The translations under genes were made by a program, and so were the position numbers. Below are positions 36,203-47,105 of a stretch of DNA of 64,000 bases, in pieces. Every line of letters starts with the position of its first letter. Positions within the stretch are counted from its first letter, which is position 1. The DNA is from an uncultured Gammaproteobacteria bacterium (GTDB taxonomy: Bacteria; Cyanobacteriota; Vampirovibrionia; LMEP-6097; CAYGPN01): contig CAYGPN010000007.1 in the NCBI GenBank assembly GCA_964352085.1, forward strand, positions 27,725-91,724. The letters are read 5' to 3'. The notes under the pieces are model-generated. The model worked only from the letters and a program-made list of their open reading frames with translations. It was not told where the DNA came from and did no database searches.

Positions 36203-38038
36203 ATGAAGTTTCGCAACATAGCTGAATTATTCTGGCGAAGGCACGATAAATATCGTTCCAAAGTATTCTTGCGTTATAAAACAAGATTACGCAAACCTTT
36301 AGAAGATATTACTTGGGCTGAAGCAGGTAATCAGATTACAGATATCGCTCATGGCTTAAAGGCGCTTGGTGTTGATAAGGGTGATAAAGTTTGTTTGCTT
36401 GCAGCGACTTGCCATTACTGGCCTCTTTGTGACTTAGGGATTATTTGTGCAGGTGCGTGTACAGTGCCGATATACCATAGCTCGACGAAAGAAACAGTTG
36501 AATATATTGTGAATCACTCTGATGCTGAAATTATTTTTGTAAGAAATAAAATACAGTTACAGAAAATAAGAGCCAGTTGGGATAATTTACCAAAGCTTAA
36601 ATACGCTGTGGTGATCTTGGATATAGGTGATTTGCCTGAACACGATCCTAGAATTATTACTCTTGATGAGTTGATGCGAATTGGGCATAAGGACCTTAAA
36701 AAAGATCCTGGTTTTATAATGCAGCGCAGAAGAGATGTGACGCTTGAAGATGATGCAAGTATTATTTATACTTCAGGCACAACAGGAGATCCTAAAGGTG
36801 TTGTGATTACTCATGAAAATTTCTTGACAGCAGCTCTTACTTTTTACCAGTATGTGCCTTTAAGTGAAGGGGATAAAATACTTTCTTTCTTGCCACTCGC
36901 TCATGTTTTTGAAAGAGTGGCTAGTCAGTTTTATGGAATAGATCAAGGGGCGATTTTTACTTACTGCGAGAAGATGGAGTATCTGCCGGAGTTGATGGTA
37001 GAGTCTGGCTGTCAGGCGATGATGGTCGTGCCTAGAATGCTAGAGAAAATGCATGATCGTATTATGCAGCAGGTCGCAAGTTTCCCTAAAGCTAAGCGGA
37101 TTATCTTTGAAGAAGCTTTAAGGCTTGGTGTTAAATATCATAAAAAGAAAATTAGAGGTGAGCTAATTGATAGGTGGCTTGATACGAGATATCAAATTGC
37201 TAAAAAGATGGTGCTTTCAAAAGTAAAAGAAAGGCTAGCACCTCATTTAAAAGTTTTTGTAGTTGGCGGAGCGCCAGTGACTGAAGAGTTGATTTATTTC
37301 TTTCTGGCTCTTGGCTATGATGTAGTAGAAGGTTATGGTCTTACTGAAACTACCTGCGCTATTACGGTAAATCCTCCTTGGGCAAACAGACCTGGGACTG
37401 TAGGTTTGCCATTTAAACATTTTGAAGTGAAAATTGCTGATGATGGGGAGATTATATGTAAAGGGAAAGGTGTCTTTAAAGAGTACTTTAAAGATCCTGA
37501 AGCTACAAAAGCAGTTTTAAAGGATGGATGGTTCTATACTGGTGATCTAGGTAGCTTCGATAAAGATGGATACTTGAGAATCACTGGCAGGAAGAAGGAT
37601 CTAATAATTTTAGCTTCGGGTAAAAATATTACTCCAGCAAGAGTAGAAGGTCATTTGCTGAAAAGTAAATACATTAACCAGGCAGTAGTGCTTGGTGATA
37701 ATGAAAAGTATTTAGCTGCTTTAGTGACAGTTAATGAAGATGAAGTTAAAAGATATTTAAATGAAAATAATTTTGTGATCCAGAAAAATCAAGAGTTTAG
37801 TAAGCTAGAGCTTGTGAATAAACTCATTAAGACGGAAATCCGGGTTAATACTTTGGATCTGGCTAGCTATGAACAAGTAAAAGCTTTTCATATTATTGAT
37901 GGTGAATTTACTATAGCTTCTGGTGAATTGACACCAACTTTGAAAATAAGACGTAATGTTTTAAGAGCAAAGCACGGGGATATTATCAAAAACTTATTTA
38001 ACAGGACTAAAGAAAGTTCCAAATTCTCTCAAGCTTAG
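36203..38038 (+). CDS. long-chain fatty acid--CoA ligase (AMP-dependent synthetase/ligase)
   Basis: 611 aa with the YTSGTTGDPKG AMP-binding P-loop and a GYGLTET motif. Confidence 0.8.
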   Translation: MKFRNIAELFWRRHDKYRSKVFLRYKTRLRKPLEDITWAEAGNQITDIAHGLKALGVDKGDKVCLLAATCHYWPLCDLGIICAGACTVPIYHSSTKETVEYIVNHSDAEIIFVRNKIQLQKIRASWDNLPKLKYAVVILDIGDLPEHDPRIITLDELMRIGHKDLKKDPGFIMQRRRDVTLEDDASIIYTSGTTGDPKGVVITHENFLTAALTFYQYVPLSEGDKILSFLPLAHVFERVASQFYGIDQGAIFTYCEKMEYLPELMVESGCQAMMVVPRMLEKMHDRIMQQVASFPKAKRIIFEEALRLGVKYHKKKIRGELIDRWLDTRYQIAKKMVLSKVKERLAPHLKVFVVGGAPVTEELIYFFLALGYDVVEGYGLTETTCAITVNPPWANRPGTVGLPFKHFEVKIADDGEIICKGKGVFKEYFKDPEATKAVLKDGWFYTGDLGSFDKDGYLRITGRKKDLIILASGKNITPARVEGHLLKSKYINQAVVLGDNEKYLAALVTVNEDEVKRYLNENNFVIQKNQEFSKLELVNKLIKTEIRVNTLDLASYEQVKAFHIIDGEFTIASGELTPTLKIRRNVLRAKHGDIIKNLFNRTKESSKFSQA

Positions 38039-38129
38039 CTAAATTTTATTTTTCTTGGGAACATAGATTTTTTTATGGGAACATTCGATATTTAGGAACT
38101 AGTGCTGGCCCCTTAACGCCTTTATATTA

Positions 38130-39578
38130 GTGCCGGCCAATGTTTTAAAAGAAATCAAAGAGAAAAATCTGATCGAGAGATCAGCTGAGAAACTTGAATT
38201 TCCAGAATCTTCTACTGCAATTAAAAAGAAAGTTAAAAAGCTTTCAAAAGAGCTTTTTACTAAAGGATTTTCTGATTTACTTAGTGAAGATGATTTTTGG
38301 ATTGAAAATGGCTATCTAACAGCAAGCAGTTTTTCACTTAAAGGTTCTTGGAAAGGAGAAAAGCGAAATTGGGGGCATAGTATGCACTCTATGGCATCTA
38401 GATCAGGCTCTTTCCCTCCAGCTCTAACTAATTATTTTATAGAAAACTTCTCTAAGAAAAATCAAACTGTTTTGGATCCTTTCTCGGGAAAAGGCACCAC
38501 TCTTTTTCAAGCACTTTTAAGTGAAAGAAACGCTGTGTCTATCGACATCACGCCAGAAGCATATATTATGTCTGCTGCTAAAGCATCAGGTATAGATCAT
38601 GAAACAGCAGTTGAGTATTTAAGATCTATTAAACTGAAAAAAGATATTGAACTTATTAAAGGTGTGCCTGAAGAAGTAAAGATTTTTTATCATGATAAAA
38701 CTCTTGCTCAGATAGTATCTCTTCAAGAAGAGCTTATGAAAGATTATTCTTTTAAAGTTGCTTACCTTTCAGAGAAAGCACCATGTAAAGAGTTCTCTAA
38801 TAAGAAAAATATAATACCTAAATTAAAAGGTACTTTTGGGATTGAAAGAGCAGATTTGAAAAATAAAGATCTTAGAGCTAAGTGCTCTATCTATTGGATG
38901 GGAGTGATGATGGGAATCCTTCATGGTTCATCTGATCTAAGTTTGAGCGTGCCATGTTCTCATAGCTTTAGCATGTCACCTGGTTATGTAAAAAATTACA
39001 CTAAGAAACATGGCTTAATAAAACCTGACCGTGATGTGAAAGCGTGTTTGATTAAACGTTCAGAAAAACTGCAGTTTGATGGCGCGCCTAAGCGTGGTGG
39101 AAAAGTGATCTTGGGTTCTGCAATGGATATGCCACACTCACTTACTAATCAAATAGATTTGATAATAACAAGCCCGCCTTATTACACAGCTCAAACATAT
39201 GCTTGGGATAACTGGCTTCGTGAGTGGTTCTTAGGTTTTAATTTTAAAGAAGTGCGCACTAAAACTCTTCATACAAATGTAGAAGATAAATATCGTGCTG
39301 GAATGCATGACTATCTAAGAGATTCTTATCGTGTAATGAAACCGGGCACCTGGTCTTTTGTAGTTGTTGGTGATGTGATGAAAAAGATCAATGGTGGTAA
39401 GGATAAAAAACATCTAATTACTTCAAATGTGATTGCTGAAGAAGCTATGAAAGTTGGCTTTAGTGTTGAGCTTGTTATTAATGATGATATTCCGCCGGAG
39501 AATTGCTATAACCGCGCTTTCTTGAAAGAAGGTCAGGGATTGAAGCTTGATCGTATTGTTTGTCTTTATAAAAATTAA
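38130..39578 (+). CDS. orphan DNA methyltransferase (N6-adenine/N4-cytosine class) with apparently permuted motif order
   Basis: 482 aa. Motif I VLDPFSGKGTT sits at about aa 105 and motif IV IDLIITSPPYY at about aa 345. No restriction endonuclease gene is adjacent. Confidence 0.65.
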   Translation: MPANVLKEIKEKNLIERSAEKLEFPESSTAIKKKVKKLSKELFTKGFSDLLSEDDFWIENGYLTASSFSLKGSWKGEKRNWGHSMHSMASRSGSFPPALTNYFIENFSKKNQTVLDPFSGKGTTLFQALLSERNAVSIDITPEAYIMSAAKASGIDHETAVEYLRSIKLKKDIELIKGVPEEVKIFYHDKTLAQIVSLQEELMKDYSFKVAYLSEKAPCKEFSNKKNIIPKLKGTFGIERADLKNKDLRAKCSIYWMGVMMGILHGSSDLSLSVPCSHSFSMSPGYVKNYTKKHGLIKPDRDVKACLIKRSEKLQFDGAPKRGGKVILGSAMDMPHSLTNQIDLIITSPPYYTAQTYAWDNWLREWFLGFNFKEVRTKTLHTNVEDKYRAGMHDYLRDSYRVMKPGTWSFVVVGDVMKKINGGKDKKHLITSNVIAEEAMKVGFSVELVINDDIPPENCYNRAFLKEGQGLKLDRIVCLYKN

Positions 39579-39587
39579 TTGGCTTAA

Positions 39588-40223
39588 TTATTTCCCGAAA
39601 TTTTCTGGATCTTTTTTCCAGCTTGTTAATTTTTCAATTTGATTTTCTGAGATAGTACCATTTTCTTTAGCTACTTCAATCAGAGTTTCGTAATTGCTTA
39701 GTGTAGTTAAGGGGATGCCTGATTTTTCAAAAGCTTGATTAGCTTTTTCTAATTGATAAGTGAAGATTGCAGCTATGCCTAAAACTTTAGCGCCTGCTTC
39801 TTTAACAGCTTCAGCAGCTTGAATAGAGCTGCCACCTGTTGAAATTAAATCTTCTATAACGACTACTTTTTTATCTTTTTCTAAAAGTCCTTCGATTTGA
39901 TTAGTTCTCCCGTGTGATTTTGAGCCAGAGCGGATATAAATCATAGGAAGATCTAAAGCATCAGCAAGCCACGCAGCGTGAGGGATTCCTGCAGTTGCTG
40001 TTCCAGCAATGATTTCTGTTTCTGGATAATTGTTTTTTATGATTTCTAGAAAGCCATCTTTAATCATTTTGCGTACTTCAGGATATGACATAGTCATTCG
40101 GTTATCACAATAAATAGGAGATTTGATGCCAGATGCCCAAGTGAAAGGATCATCAGGTTTTAAGAAGACTGCTTTGATTTCAAGAAGTTTGCTTGCTATT
40201 TCTTTGGCTGTTGTTGTTGTCAT
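39588..40223 (-). CDS. pyrE: orotate phosphoribosyltransferase
   Basis: 211 aa. The PRPP-binding motif [13 protein letters not shown] is present. Confidence 0.9.
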   Translation of the reverse strand: MTTTTAKEIASKLLEIKAVFLKPDDPFTWASGIKSPIYCDNRMTMSYPEVRKMIKDGFLEIIKNNYPETEIIAGTATAGIPHAAWLADALDLPMIYIRSGSKSHGRTNQIEGLLEKDKKVVVIEDLISTGGSSIQAAEAVKEAGAKVLGIAAIFTYQLEKANQAFEKSGIPLTTLSNYETLIEVAKENGTISENQIEKLTSWKKDPENFGK

Positions 40224-40978
40224 ACTTTTGCTAAATTAATCTCTTCTAAAATTTCAGTGAAAGCTGCTTTAGAATCTGCAGCTTGAGTAACTGCTCTGCC
40301 TACTACTATATAGTCTGTTCCAAGCTCCATCGCTTCTTTAGGAGTGGTGACGCGTTTTTGGTCATTGCTACTTGTAGATTTTGGTCTAATGCCTGGAGTT
40401 ATAGTAATAAACTCTGGTCCAATTTTTTCTTTAATCATTTTTACTTCAAGTGGTGAAGCGACTATACCATCGAGTCCAGCGGTTTTAGTGTTTTGAGCTA
40501 ATTTTAAAACAGAGTCTTGAACTGAACCTGGAATGCCAAGCTCGTTATTCATAGTCTTTTCATCTGTGCTTGTTAGTTGAGTTACGCCGATTAAAAAAGG
40601 TTTTTTGCTGTTTGGTCTTCCACCCATAGATAAATCGTAATCACCAAAAGCTTCAGTCAAAGCTCCTTTAGCTGCTTTCATCATTTGAGTGCCGCCCGCT
40701 GCGTGTACATTTATAATGTCACACTCAAGCTTGGCTAAGTTACTCATAGCTTTATATACAGTAGTGGGGATATCGTGAAGTTTTAAGTCTAGGAAAATTT
40801 TAAGGTCTTGGTCTTTGAGGTATTTAATAATATCAGTGCCCTCAGAGTAGTAAAGTTCCATGCCTACTTTTACAAAGCGAAGATCACCTTTAAGCTTGGT
40901 GATTATATTTTTCACATGGTCTTTGCTGTTTACATCGAGTGCGATAATTACTCTTTCGTTAAAGTCTAAACTGCTCAT
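40220..40978 (-). CDS. pyrF: orotidine 5'-phosphate decarboxylase
   Basis: 252 aa. IIALDV...KVGMEL...DLKLHDIP motifs. There is a 4-bp overlap with pyrE. Confidence 0.85.
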   Translation of the reverse strand: MSSLDFNERVIIALDVNSKDHVKNIITKLKGDLRFVKVGMELYYSEGTDIIKYLKDQDLKIFLDLKLHDIPTTVYKAMSNLAKLECDIINVHAAGGTQMMKAAKGALTEAFGDYDLSMGGRPNSKKPFLIGVTQLTSTDEKTMNNELGIPGSVQDSVLKLAQNTKTAGLDGIVASPLEVKMIKEKIGPEFITITPGIRPKSTSSNDQKRVTTPKEAMELGTDYIVVGRAVTQAADSKAAFTEILEEINLAKV

Positions 40979-41009
40979 TAATACTATCTTAGCTCATTTT
41001 ACTTATAAA

Positions 41010-42044
41010 TTATTTCCAGGCTAAGCCTTTAAGCTCAGAAATGTTTTTGATATCCATATCTTTAAGCTTTACTTGTAGCTCTTTAATAATATCTGGACAA
41101 GCATATGGGTTGATGAAATTCTCTGTGCCAATAGCAACTGCGCTAGCTCCTGCTAAGAAAAACTCTATAACATCATCAGCGCATGTGATTCCGCCCATCC
41201 CTATGATAGGAATATTTAGCTTCCTGCTCACTTCATAAATCATGCGAATCGCTACTGGTTTAATTGCTGGTCCTGAAAGACCGCCTGAGCCTCTAGCTAG
41301 AATTGGTTTTCTGCTATTAAGATCTATGCGCATACCAAGCAAAGTGTTAATTAGGCTAAGTCCATCAGCACCAGCTTTCTCTACAGCCACTGCCATCGAT
41401 ACTATATCTGTAATATTTGGTGAGAGTTTTACAAAGAGTGGCGTGTTCGCGCAAACTTTTTTGACTTCTCTAGTTAGCTCAGAAGCTAGCTCTTCGCTAG
41501 CACCAAAAAGAGTCGCGCCATCTTTAACGTTTGGGCATGAGATATTAAGTTCTAAGCCAGCTACGTTTTTCACTTTGGAAAGTTCACGTGCAACAGTCAC
41601 GTAATCTTCTATAGTAGAACCTGCGATATTAACTATGATCGGTGTATTTGTTTCTGATTCAAGCCATTTAAGATCTTCGTTGATTACTTTTTCTAGACCT
41701 GGATTCTGCAAACCAATAGAATTAAGCATTCCGCCAGGGGTTTCAGCAACACGTGGTGTGTCATTGCCTGAGCGCTCTTCAAGTGATGTGGCTTTAACTG
41801 CTATTGCACCAAGCTCGTTAAGATCATAAAATTTTGCGTACTCTCTGCCAAAACCAAAACAACCAGATGCTGGCATGATTGGGTTTTTCATTTTAATTCC
41901 ACAGATTTCTATTTCTAGTTTTGGGTCAATGATAATATTGCTTTTGTCATCACGAGAAGCAGGGCGATGTGGTGATCCATGGATTGCTACGCCTGCGGCT
42001 CGCAATGACGAGTTGTCGGTTCGCAATGATGGCTTGGTGTTCAT
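41010..42044 (-). CDS. pyrD: dihydroorotate dehydrogenase class 1B catalytic subunit; N-terminal 51 codons derive from a repeat element, so the true start may be the internal ATG at 41891
   Basis: The protein from [15 protein letters not shown] onward matches PyrD-1B. Upstream in-frame codons ([33 protein letters not shown]...) are encoded by repeat copy B. ATG at 42044 overlaps the pyrK stop (ATGA). Confidence 0.85.
   Translation of the reverse strand: MNTKPSLRTDNSSLRAAGVAIHGSPHRPASRDDKSNIIIDPKLEIEICGIKMKNPIMPASGCFGFGREYAKFYDLNELGAIAVKATSLEERSGNDTPRVAETPGGMLNSIGLQNPGLEKVINEDLKWLESETNTPIIVNIAGSTIEDYVTVARELSKVKNVAGLELNISCPNVKDGATLFGASEELASELTREVKKVCANTPLFVKLSPNITDIVSMAVAVEKAGADGLSLINTLLGMRIDLNSRKPILARGSGGLSGPAIKPVAIRMIYEVSRKLNIPIIGMGGITCADDVIEFFLAGASAVAIGTENFINPYACPDIIKELQVKLKDMDIKNISELKGLAWK
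41945..42030 (+). repeat. dispersed repeat element, copy B
   Basis: gtcatcacgagaagcagggcgatgtggtgatccatggattgctacgc + (tcgcaatgac N11) x 2. It is about 87% identical to the 5' module of copy A. Confidence 0.8.
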
Positions 42045-42886
42045 ATCGCTACCTCCTGCAATTCAAAGACCGGACCATCGCAACAAATCTTACTATATGA
42101 TTTCTCCCAAGCTGAAATTTCTTTGCCGACATTTTCTGTAGGCTTGCAAACACAAGCTAGGCACGCACCCACACCGCAACCCATACGCTCTTCAAGTGAC
42201 ATGTAAGCATCTGCTTTTTTGTCACCGATAAATAAAGGTACTTTCTTTTGGATAGCTTTAAGCATTGGGGTAGGTCCGCAGGTAAAGAGTGAGTCCCAGT
42301 TTTTGATTTCTTCTTCAGAGCTTTCTTTTGGATTGCCAGTGAAAAGATCTGTAACTAAACCATTATGTCCTTGACTTCCATCCATGGTTGAAACATAAAC
42401 ATCACCAAGCTCAGCAAATTCTTTTTCTAGGAAAACATCTTTTGCGCTATTGAAGCCAATTACAGCTTTGATCTTAGCGCCTTTCTTTTTAAGTTCTTTG
42501 GCGAGATAATAAAGAGGAGGTACGCCTATGCCACCACCAACCATAAGTGCGGTTTGACCATTTGAAACTGTGTCTGTTGGGAAACCCTGACCTAGAGGTC
42601 CAAGCACATCTAGTAGATCACCTTCTCTAGCTTTAGCAAGTTCAGCTGTGCCTTTACCTTCAACTCTATAAATCATATTGATAATGCGTTTTTCTTTATC
42701 AACGTCACAAATACTTATAGGTCTTCTTAAAATTGGATCAATGCCATTGCCGCATTTGATGTGTAAAAATTGTCCGGGTAAAAAGCTTTCTATTGGATAT
42801 TCACTAGGCGCGCAATACAGGTCTGTGCTGTAGATTTTGTCTGCAATCAAGGTGTTGCTTTTGACTTCTAGCTTTAATCTATCCAT
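42041..42886 (-). CDS. pyrK: dihydroorotate dehydrogenase electron-transfer subunit (FAD/2Fe-2S)
   Basis: 281 aa. An FNR-like fold and the C-terminal Cys cluster ([10 protein letters not shown]) are present. Confidence 0.85.
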   Translation of the reverse strand: MDRLKLEVKSNTLIADKIYSTDLYCAPSEYPIESFLPGQFLHIKCGNGIDPILRRPISICDVDKEKRIINMIYRVEGKGTAELAKAREGDLLDVLGPLGQGFPTDTVSNGQTALMVGGGIGVPPLYYLAKELKKKGAKIKAVIGFNSAKDVFLEKEFAELGDVYVSTMDGSQGHNGLVTDLFTGNPKESSEEEIKNWDSLFTCGPTPMLKAIQKKVPLFIGDKKADAYMSLEERMGCGVGACLACVCKPTENVGKEISAWEKSYSKICCDGPVFELQEVAI

Positions 42887-42957
42887 GGATTTTCTTTGAA
42901 AGGCCTTGAGCCTAGTTAATTCTAGCAGATTCTAGACTTTTGTATATACCTACATGC

Positions 42958-43021
42958 TGGGGTCAGACCAGATTAAGACTTCTAATTTATATATTACGTC
43001 CCTTAATCTGGTCTGACCCCA
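42958..43021. promoter_or_regulatory. perfect 20-bp inverted repeat with a 24-nt AT-rich spacer in the pyrK / 43052-gene divergent region (candidate operator or hairpin element)
   Basis: tggggtcagaccagattaag (42958-42977) is the exact reverse complement of cttaatctggtctgacccca (43002-43021). The spacer contains TATATAT. Confidence 0.6.
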
Positions 43022-43051
43022 GGAGGGTGAGCACTGATATGATTAAGCGGT

Positions 43052-43702
43052 ATGAGTTTCCAAATCAGACCACTTAGAGGCTTTTTAGCGATTTTTGGAC
43101 TAGCAGTTTTAGCAGTAATTTTGCTGCAGATGCAACCTTATGAAGTAGCCAAGCCAATTATAAAAGAGCACGGTCCTATAGAAACAGCATCTGTTTTTAT
43201 CTACATCGCAGCTGGCTCTATGGCGATTTACCTTGCGATGAAAAATCATTGGGAGCGCGCGCTGATGGCAGCTCTATTTATTTTTCTTATGGGCGCGCGT
43301 GAGCTAGATGCTCACGTAAAGTTCACCTCTATGAACTTTGCTAAAACTAGATTTTTTATAAGCCCAAAGGTCCCAATGATAGAGAAAGTTTGGGTGACGA
43401 TATTTTTAATAGCTTTAGTGGCTGGGCTTTATTACTTTGCTAAAATTCATTGGAAAAATTTCGTGATAGCAATGAAAGAAGGAAGATCTTATGTCTACAC
43501 AATGGTTTTAGCAATTGGCTTTGTGCCACTTTCTAAAATCTTAGATAGTCTTCCTAAAGCACTTCGAGATCATTTCCACATCCCAGTTACTGATGAGCTT
43601 AGACTCTTTACAGGAATCTTTGAAGAAGTTATGGAGTTAATGATTCCAGCACTTTTCCTTTTGGCTATGATTCAGTTTCTTAGATATAAGTCAAAGAGAT
43701 AG
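43052..43702 (+). CDS. hypothetical polytopic membrane protein (216 aa)
   Basis: About 6 predicted TM helices. No recognised family. Confidence 0.45.
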   Translation: MSFQIRPLRGFLAIFGLAVLAVILLQMQPYEVAKPIIKEHGPIETASVFIYIAAGSMAIYLAMKNHWERALMAALFIFLMGARELDAHVKFTSMNFAKTRFFISPKVPMIEKVWVTIFLIALVAGLYYFAKIHWKNFVIAMKEGRSYVYTMVLAIGFVPLSKILDSLPKALRDHFHIPVTDELRLFTGIFEEVMELMIPALFLLAMIQFLRYKSKR

Positions 43703-43705
43703 TCT

Positions 43706-43796
43706 ATGGATTGCTTCGCCAGTAGGCTCGCAATGACGACTATGCTCGCAATGACGACTAAGCTCGCAATGACGACTAAGCTCGCAATGACAGCTA
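43706..43796 (+). repeat. dispersed repeat element, copy C, with 4 x 18-bp tandem units
   Basis: tggattgcttcgcc agtagg (gctcgcaatgacgactaa) x 4. The last unit overlaps the carB stop codon. Confidence 0.85.
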
Positions 43797-46700
43797 GACT
43801 GCTAGCTCTTCTTTCTTTTTAGTTTTTTCAGGCAATGCTTCAACAGAAAAAGCAATAGTCTCTAGTGCTTTTAAAAGTGCGTGCGCAGTATCAAGTGATG
43901 TTATGCAAATAGCACCTTTTTCTACAGCCTCTCGTCTGAGCTTGAAGCCATCTGAGCTTGAAGCTTTGCCTTTTGTGATTGTGTTTATGATTAAATCTGC
44001 TTCACCATTTTTAATTACATCCATAATATTTGGTTCGCCCTCTTCAAGTTTCGCAATTTTTTTAACTTGAATACCATTTGCAGCAAGCATATCTGCTGTG
44101 CCTGAAGTTGCCAGCATTTTAAAACCTAGATCGTTATATCTTTTTAGAATTTTAAGCGCGTATTCCTTATCTTTATCAGCAACCGTCGCTAAGATGGTTC
44201 CACTATGAGGGATTTTCATGCCAGCAGCTATCAGAGCTTTGTAAAGTGCTTTATCAAAAGATCTATCTTTGCCCATCACTTCGCCAGTTGATTTCATCTC
44301 TGGACCAAGCGCTACTTCTACAAGATCCAATTTAGCAAAAGAGAAAACAGGAGCTTTTACTGAAACCATTTCACTTTCTGGATGATAACCAGCTTTAAGA
44401 TCATGTTTCTCGAGTAAAGATTCTAGGCTCTCACCTAGAATGACCTTAGTAGCAATATTTGCCATAGGCACATCAGTGACCTTACTTAAGAAGGGTACAG
44501 TACGTGATGATCTAGGGTTTACCTCGATTACATAAACTTGATTTTGAGAAATAACAAATTGAATATTTATGAGTCCTCTAGTGTCTAGTGCAAGCGCTAC
44601 TTTTTCTGTTATGTTAATAACCTCTTCTTTAATATGCTCGTAGATAGTCTGTGGAGGGTAAACAGCGATTGAATCACCTGAGTGCACGCCCGCTCTTTCT
44701 ATATGCTCCATGATTCCAGGTATGATTACGGTTTTTCCATCAGAGATTGCATCTACGTCCATCTCGCGTCCAATCATATAGCGATCAATTAGTACTGGAT
44801 GCTCTGGATTAACTTTTACAGCAGCTTGCATGTAAGTTAAAAGCTCGTCTTTATTGTAAACAATCTCCATCGCTCTACCACCTAGTACATAAGAAGGTCT
44901 AACTACTACAGGGAAACCCAGTTCGTCAGTAGCTTTAACGGCTTCATCCACTGAAGTGACAGTTGTGCCAAGAGGCTGCGCTACATAAAGTTCTTTAAGA
45001 AGCTCTTCGAATTTCTTGCGGTTCTCTGCTCTATCTATATTCTCTAAAGATGTACCTAAGATCTTAATGCCTCTGTCAGCTAGTGGCTTAGCTAGATTGA
45101 TAGCTGTTTGCCCGCCGAACTGCACAATAACTCCAATAGGATTTTCTTTTTCAATAACATTCATCACGTCTTCTATAAAGAGCGGCTCGAAATATAACCT
45201 GTCTGAAATACTAAAGTCTGTAGAAACTGTCTCAGGGTTGTTGTTTATAATTACAGCCTCGTAACCTGCTTCTTGAATGGCTCTTACTGCATGAACAGTC
45301 GCGTAATCAAACTCAATACCCTGACCAATACGAATAGGACCTGAGCCCAGTACTAGCACTTTCTCTTTAAGAGATTTGGTGACCTCGTCTTCATCCTCAT
45401 AAGTTGAGTAGTAGTAAGGGGTAGCAGCTTCAAATTCAGCAGCACAAGTATCTACCATCTTAAAAGTAGGGACTATGTGGTTCTGTAGTCTAAACTCTCT
45501 AACTTTCTCTTCGGTAAATTCTTCTTTGCCACTATCTTTCTTAAGTGCCGCAATAATATAGTCAGTGAAACCTGCTCTTTTAGCATCATATAGAAGCTCA
45601 GGACTTAGAGGTTCTTCTTTGATTTGCTGCTCCATATTAATTATGTTTTGTAGTTTGTTTAAAAACCATTTGTCTATTTGCGACCAGGCATGAATTTCAT
45701 CTATTGTAATTCCACGACGAAGAGCATCAGCAACTAAGAAAATTCTCTCATCATCAGCTCGTCTGATTCTTTCTTCAAGCTCATAATTATCGATTTTATC
45801 TGAGCCAGGAAGCGCTAGGTGCACTAAATCTATCTCAAGTGAGCGAACAGCTTTTAAAATAGACTCTTCAAAAGTCCTGCCAATAGCCATGACCTCTCCA
45901 GTCGCTTTCATCTGTGTTCCCAGTCTACGATTAGCTTTAACAAATTTATCAAAAGGCCATCTAGGGATTTTAGAAACTATGTAGTCTAGAGCCGGCTCGA
46001 AACTCGCATACGATTTTTTTGTAACGGGGTTTTGTAGTTCATCAAGCGTGTAACCAATAGCAATCTTTGCTGCCATCTTCGCTATCGGGTAACCAGTGGC
46101 TTTAGACGCTAGAGCACTAGATCTACTAACACGAGGGTTTACTTCAATTACGTAATATTTAAAACTATGCGGGTCAAGCGCGTATTGTACATTACAGCCA
46201 CCTTCTATTCCTAGCTCACGAATGATTTTAAGAGAAGAAGATCTCAGCATTTGGTATTCTTGATCAGCTAAAGTTTGGCTGGGAGCTACTACAATACTAT
46301 CTCCAGTGTGCACGCCAACTGGATCGAAGTTTTCCATATTACAAACAACAATGCAGTTATCGTTTTTATCGCGCATTACTTCGTATTCTATTTCTTTAAA
46401 ACCTGCGATGCTGCGCTCTACAAGACACTGATTGATGGGGCTTTGCTTAAGACCCGAAGTCAGTACTTCTTTTAACTCTTCTTCATTACTAGCAATTCCA
46501 CCACCAGAACCACCAAGTGTGTAAGCTGGTCTAACAATAAGTGGGTAGCCTATTTCGCTCGCAAAAACTAAAGCTTCTTCTATCTCGTTTACAATAACGC
46601 TTTCAGGAATTGGCTCAGCAATTTCATGCATGAGTGATCTGAACTCTTCTCTATCTTCAGCTTTTATAATACTTCTAAGTTTTGTACCTAGAAGTTCTAC

Positions 46701-47036
46701 GCCTTCTTCAGCAAGAACCCCACTTTCAGCTAACTCTTTAGCTAGGTTTAGTCCAGTTTGACCGCCAAGAGATGCTAGTAAACCATCAGGTCTTTCTTTT
46801 AGAATAATTTTTTTAACATACTCAGCAGTTAGAGGTTCTATGTAAACTTTGTCTGCCATCTCCTGATCAGTCATGATCGTAGCTGGGTTGCTGTTAATTA
46901 AAACTGTTTCGATGCCTTCTTCATTTAAAGCTTCTAAAGCTTGGGTTCCTGCATAATCAAATTCTGCAGCTTGCCCTATTACAATGGGTCCGGATCCTAT
47001 TACTAGAACTTTTTTTAGTTCGTTTCTTTTAGGCAT
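43794..47036 (-). CDS. carB: carbamoyl-phosphate synthase large subunit
   Basis: 1080 aa with two ATP-grasp halves plus the MGS-like C-terminal domain. Homology is unmistakable. Confidence 0.95.
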   Translation of the reverse strand: MPKRNELKKVLVIGSGPIVIGQAAEFDYAGTQALEALNEEGIETVLINSNPATIMTDQEMADKVYIEPLTAEYVKKIILKERPDGLLASLGGQTGLNLAKELAESGVLAEEGVELLGTKLRSIIKAEDREEFRSLMHEIAEPIPESVIVNEIEEALVFASEIGYPLIVRPAYTLGGSGGGIASNEEELKEVLTSGLKQSPINQCLVERSIAGFKEIEYEVMRDKNDNCIVVCNMENFDPVGVHTGDSIVVAPSQTLADQEYQMLRSSSLKIIRELGIEGGCNVQYALDPHSFKYYVIEVNPRVSRSSALASKATGYPIAKMAAKIAIGYTLDELQNPVTKKSYASFEPALDYIVSKIPRWPFDKFVKANRRLGTQMKATGEVMAIGRTFEESILKAVRSLEIDLVHLALPGSDKIDNYELEERIRRADDERIFLVADALRRGITIDEIHAWSQIDKWFLNKLQNIINMEQQIKEEPLSPELLYDAKRAGFTDYIIAALKKDSGKEEFTEEKVREFRLQNHIVPTFKMVDTCAAEFEAATPYYYSTYEDEDEVTKSLKEKVLVLGSGPIRIGQGIEFDYATVHAVRAIQEAGYEAVIINNNPETVSTDFSISDRLYFEPLFIEDVMNVIEKENPIGVIVQFGGQTAINLAKPLADRGIKILGTSLENIDRAENRKKFEELLKELYVAQPLGTTVTSVDEAVKATDELGFPVVVRPSYVLGGRAMEIVYNKDELLTYMQAAVKVNPEHPVLIDRYMIGREMDVDAISDGKTVIIPGIMEHIERAGVHSGDSIAVYPPQTIYEHIKEEVINITEKVALALDTRGLINIQFVISQNQVYVIEVNPRSSRTVPFLSKVTDVPMANIATKVILGESLESLLEKHDLKAGYHPESEMVSVKAPVFSFAKLDLVEVALGPEMKSTGEVMGKDRSFDKALYKALIAAGMKIPHSGTILATVADKDKEYALKILKRYNDLGFKMLATSGTADMLAANGIQVKKIAKLEEGEPNIMDVIKNGEADLIINTITKGKASSSDGFKLRREAVEKGAICITSLDTAHALLKALETIAFSVEALPEKTKKKEELAV

Positions 47037-47105
47037 TTTATTGATTTTCCTTTATAGATTCTATCTTATAGGCGCAAGAAATACACATTAACTTCTAAAA
47101 GATAG

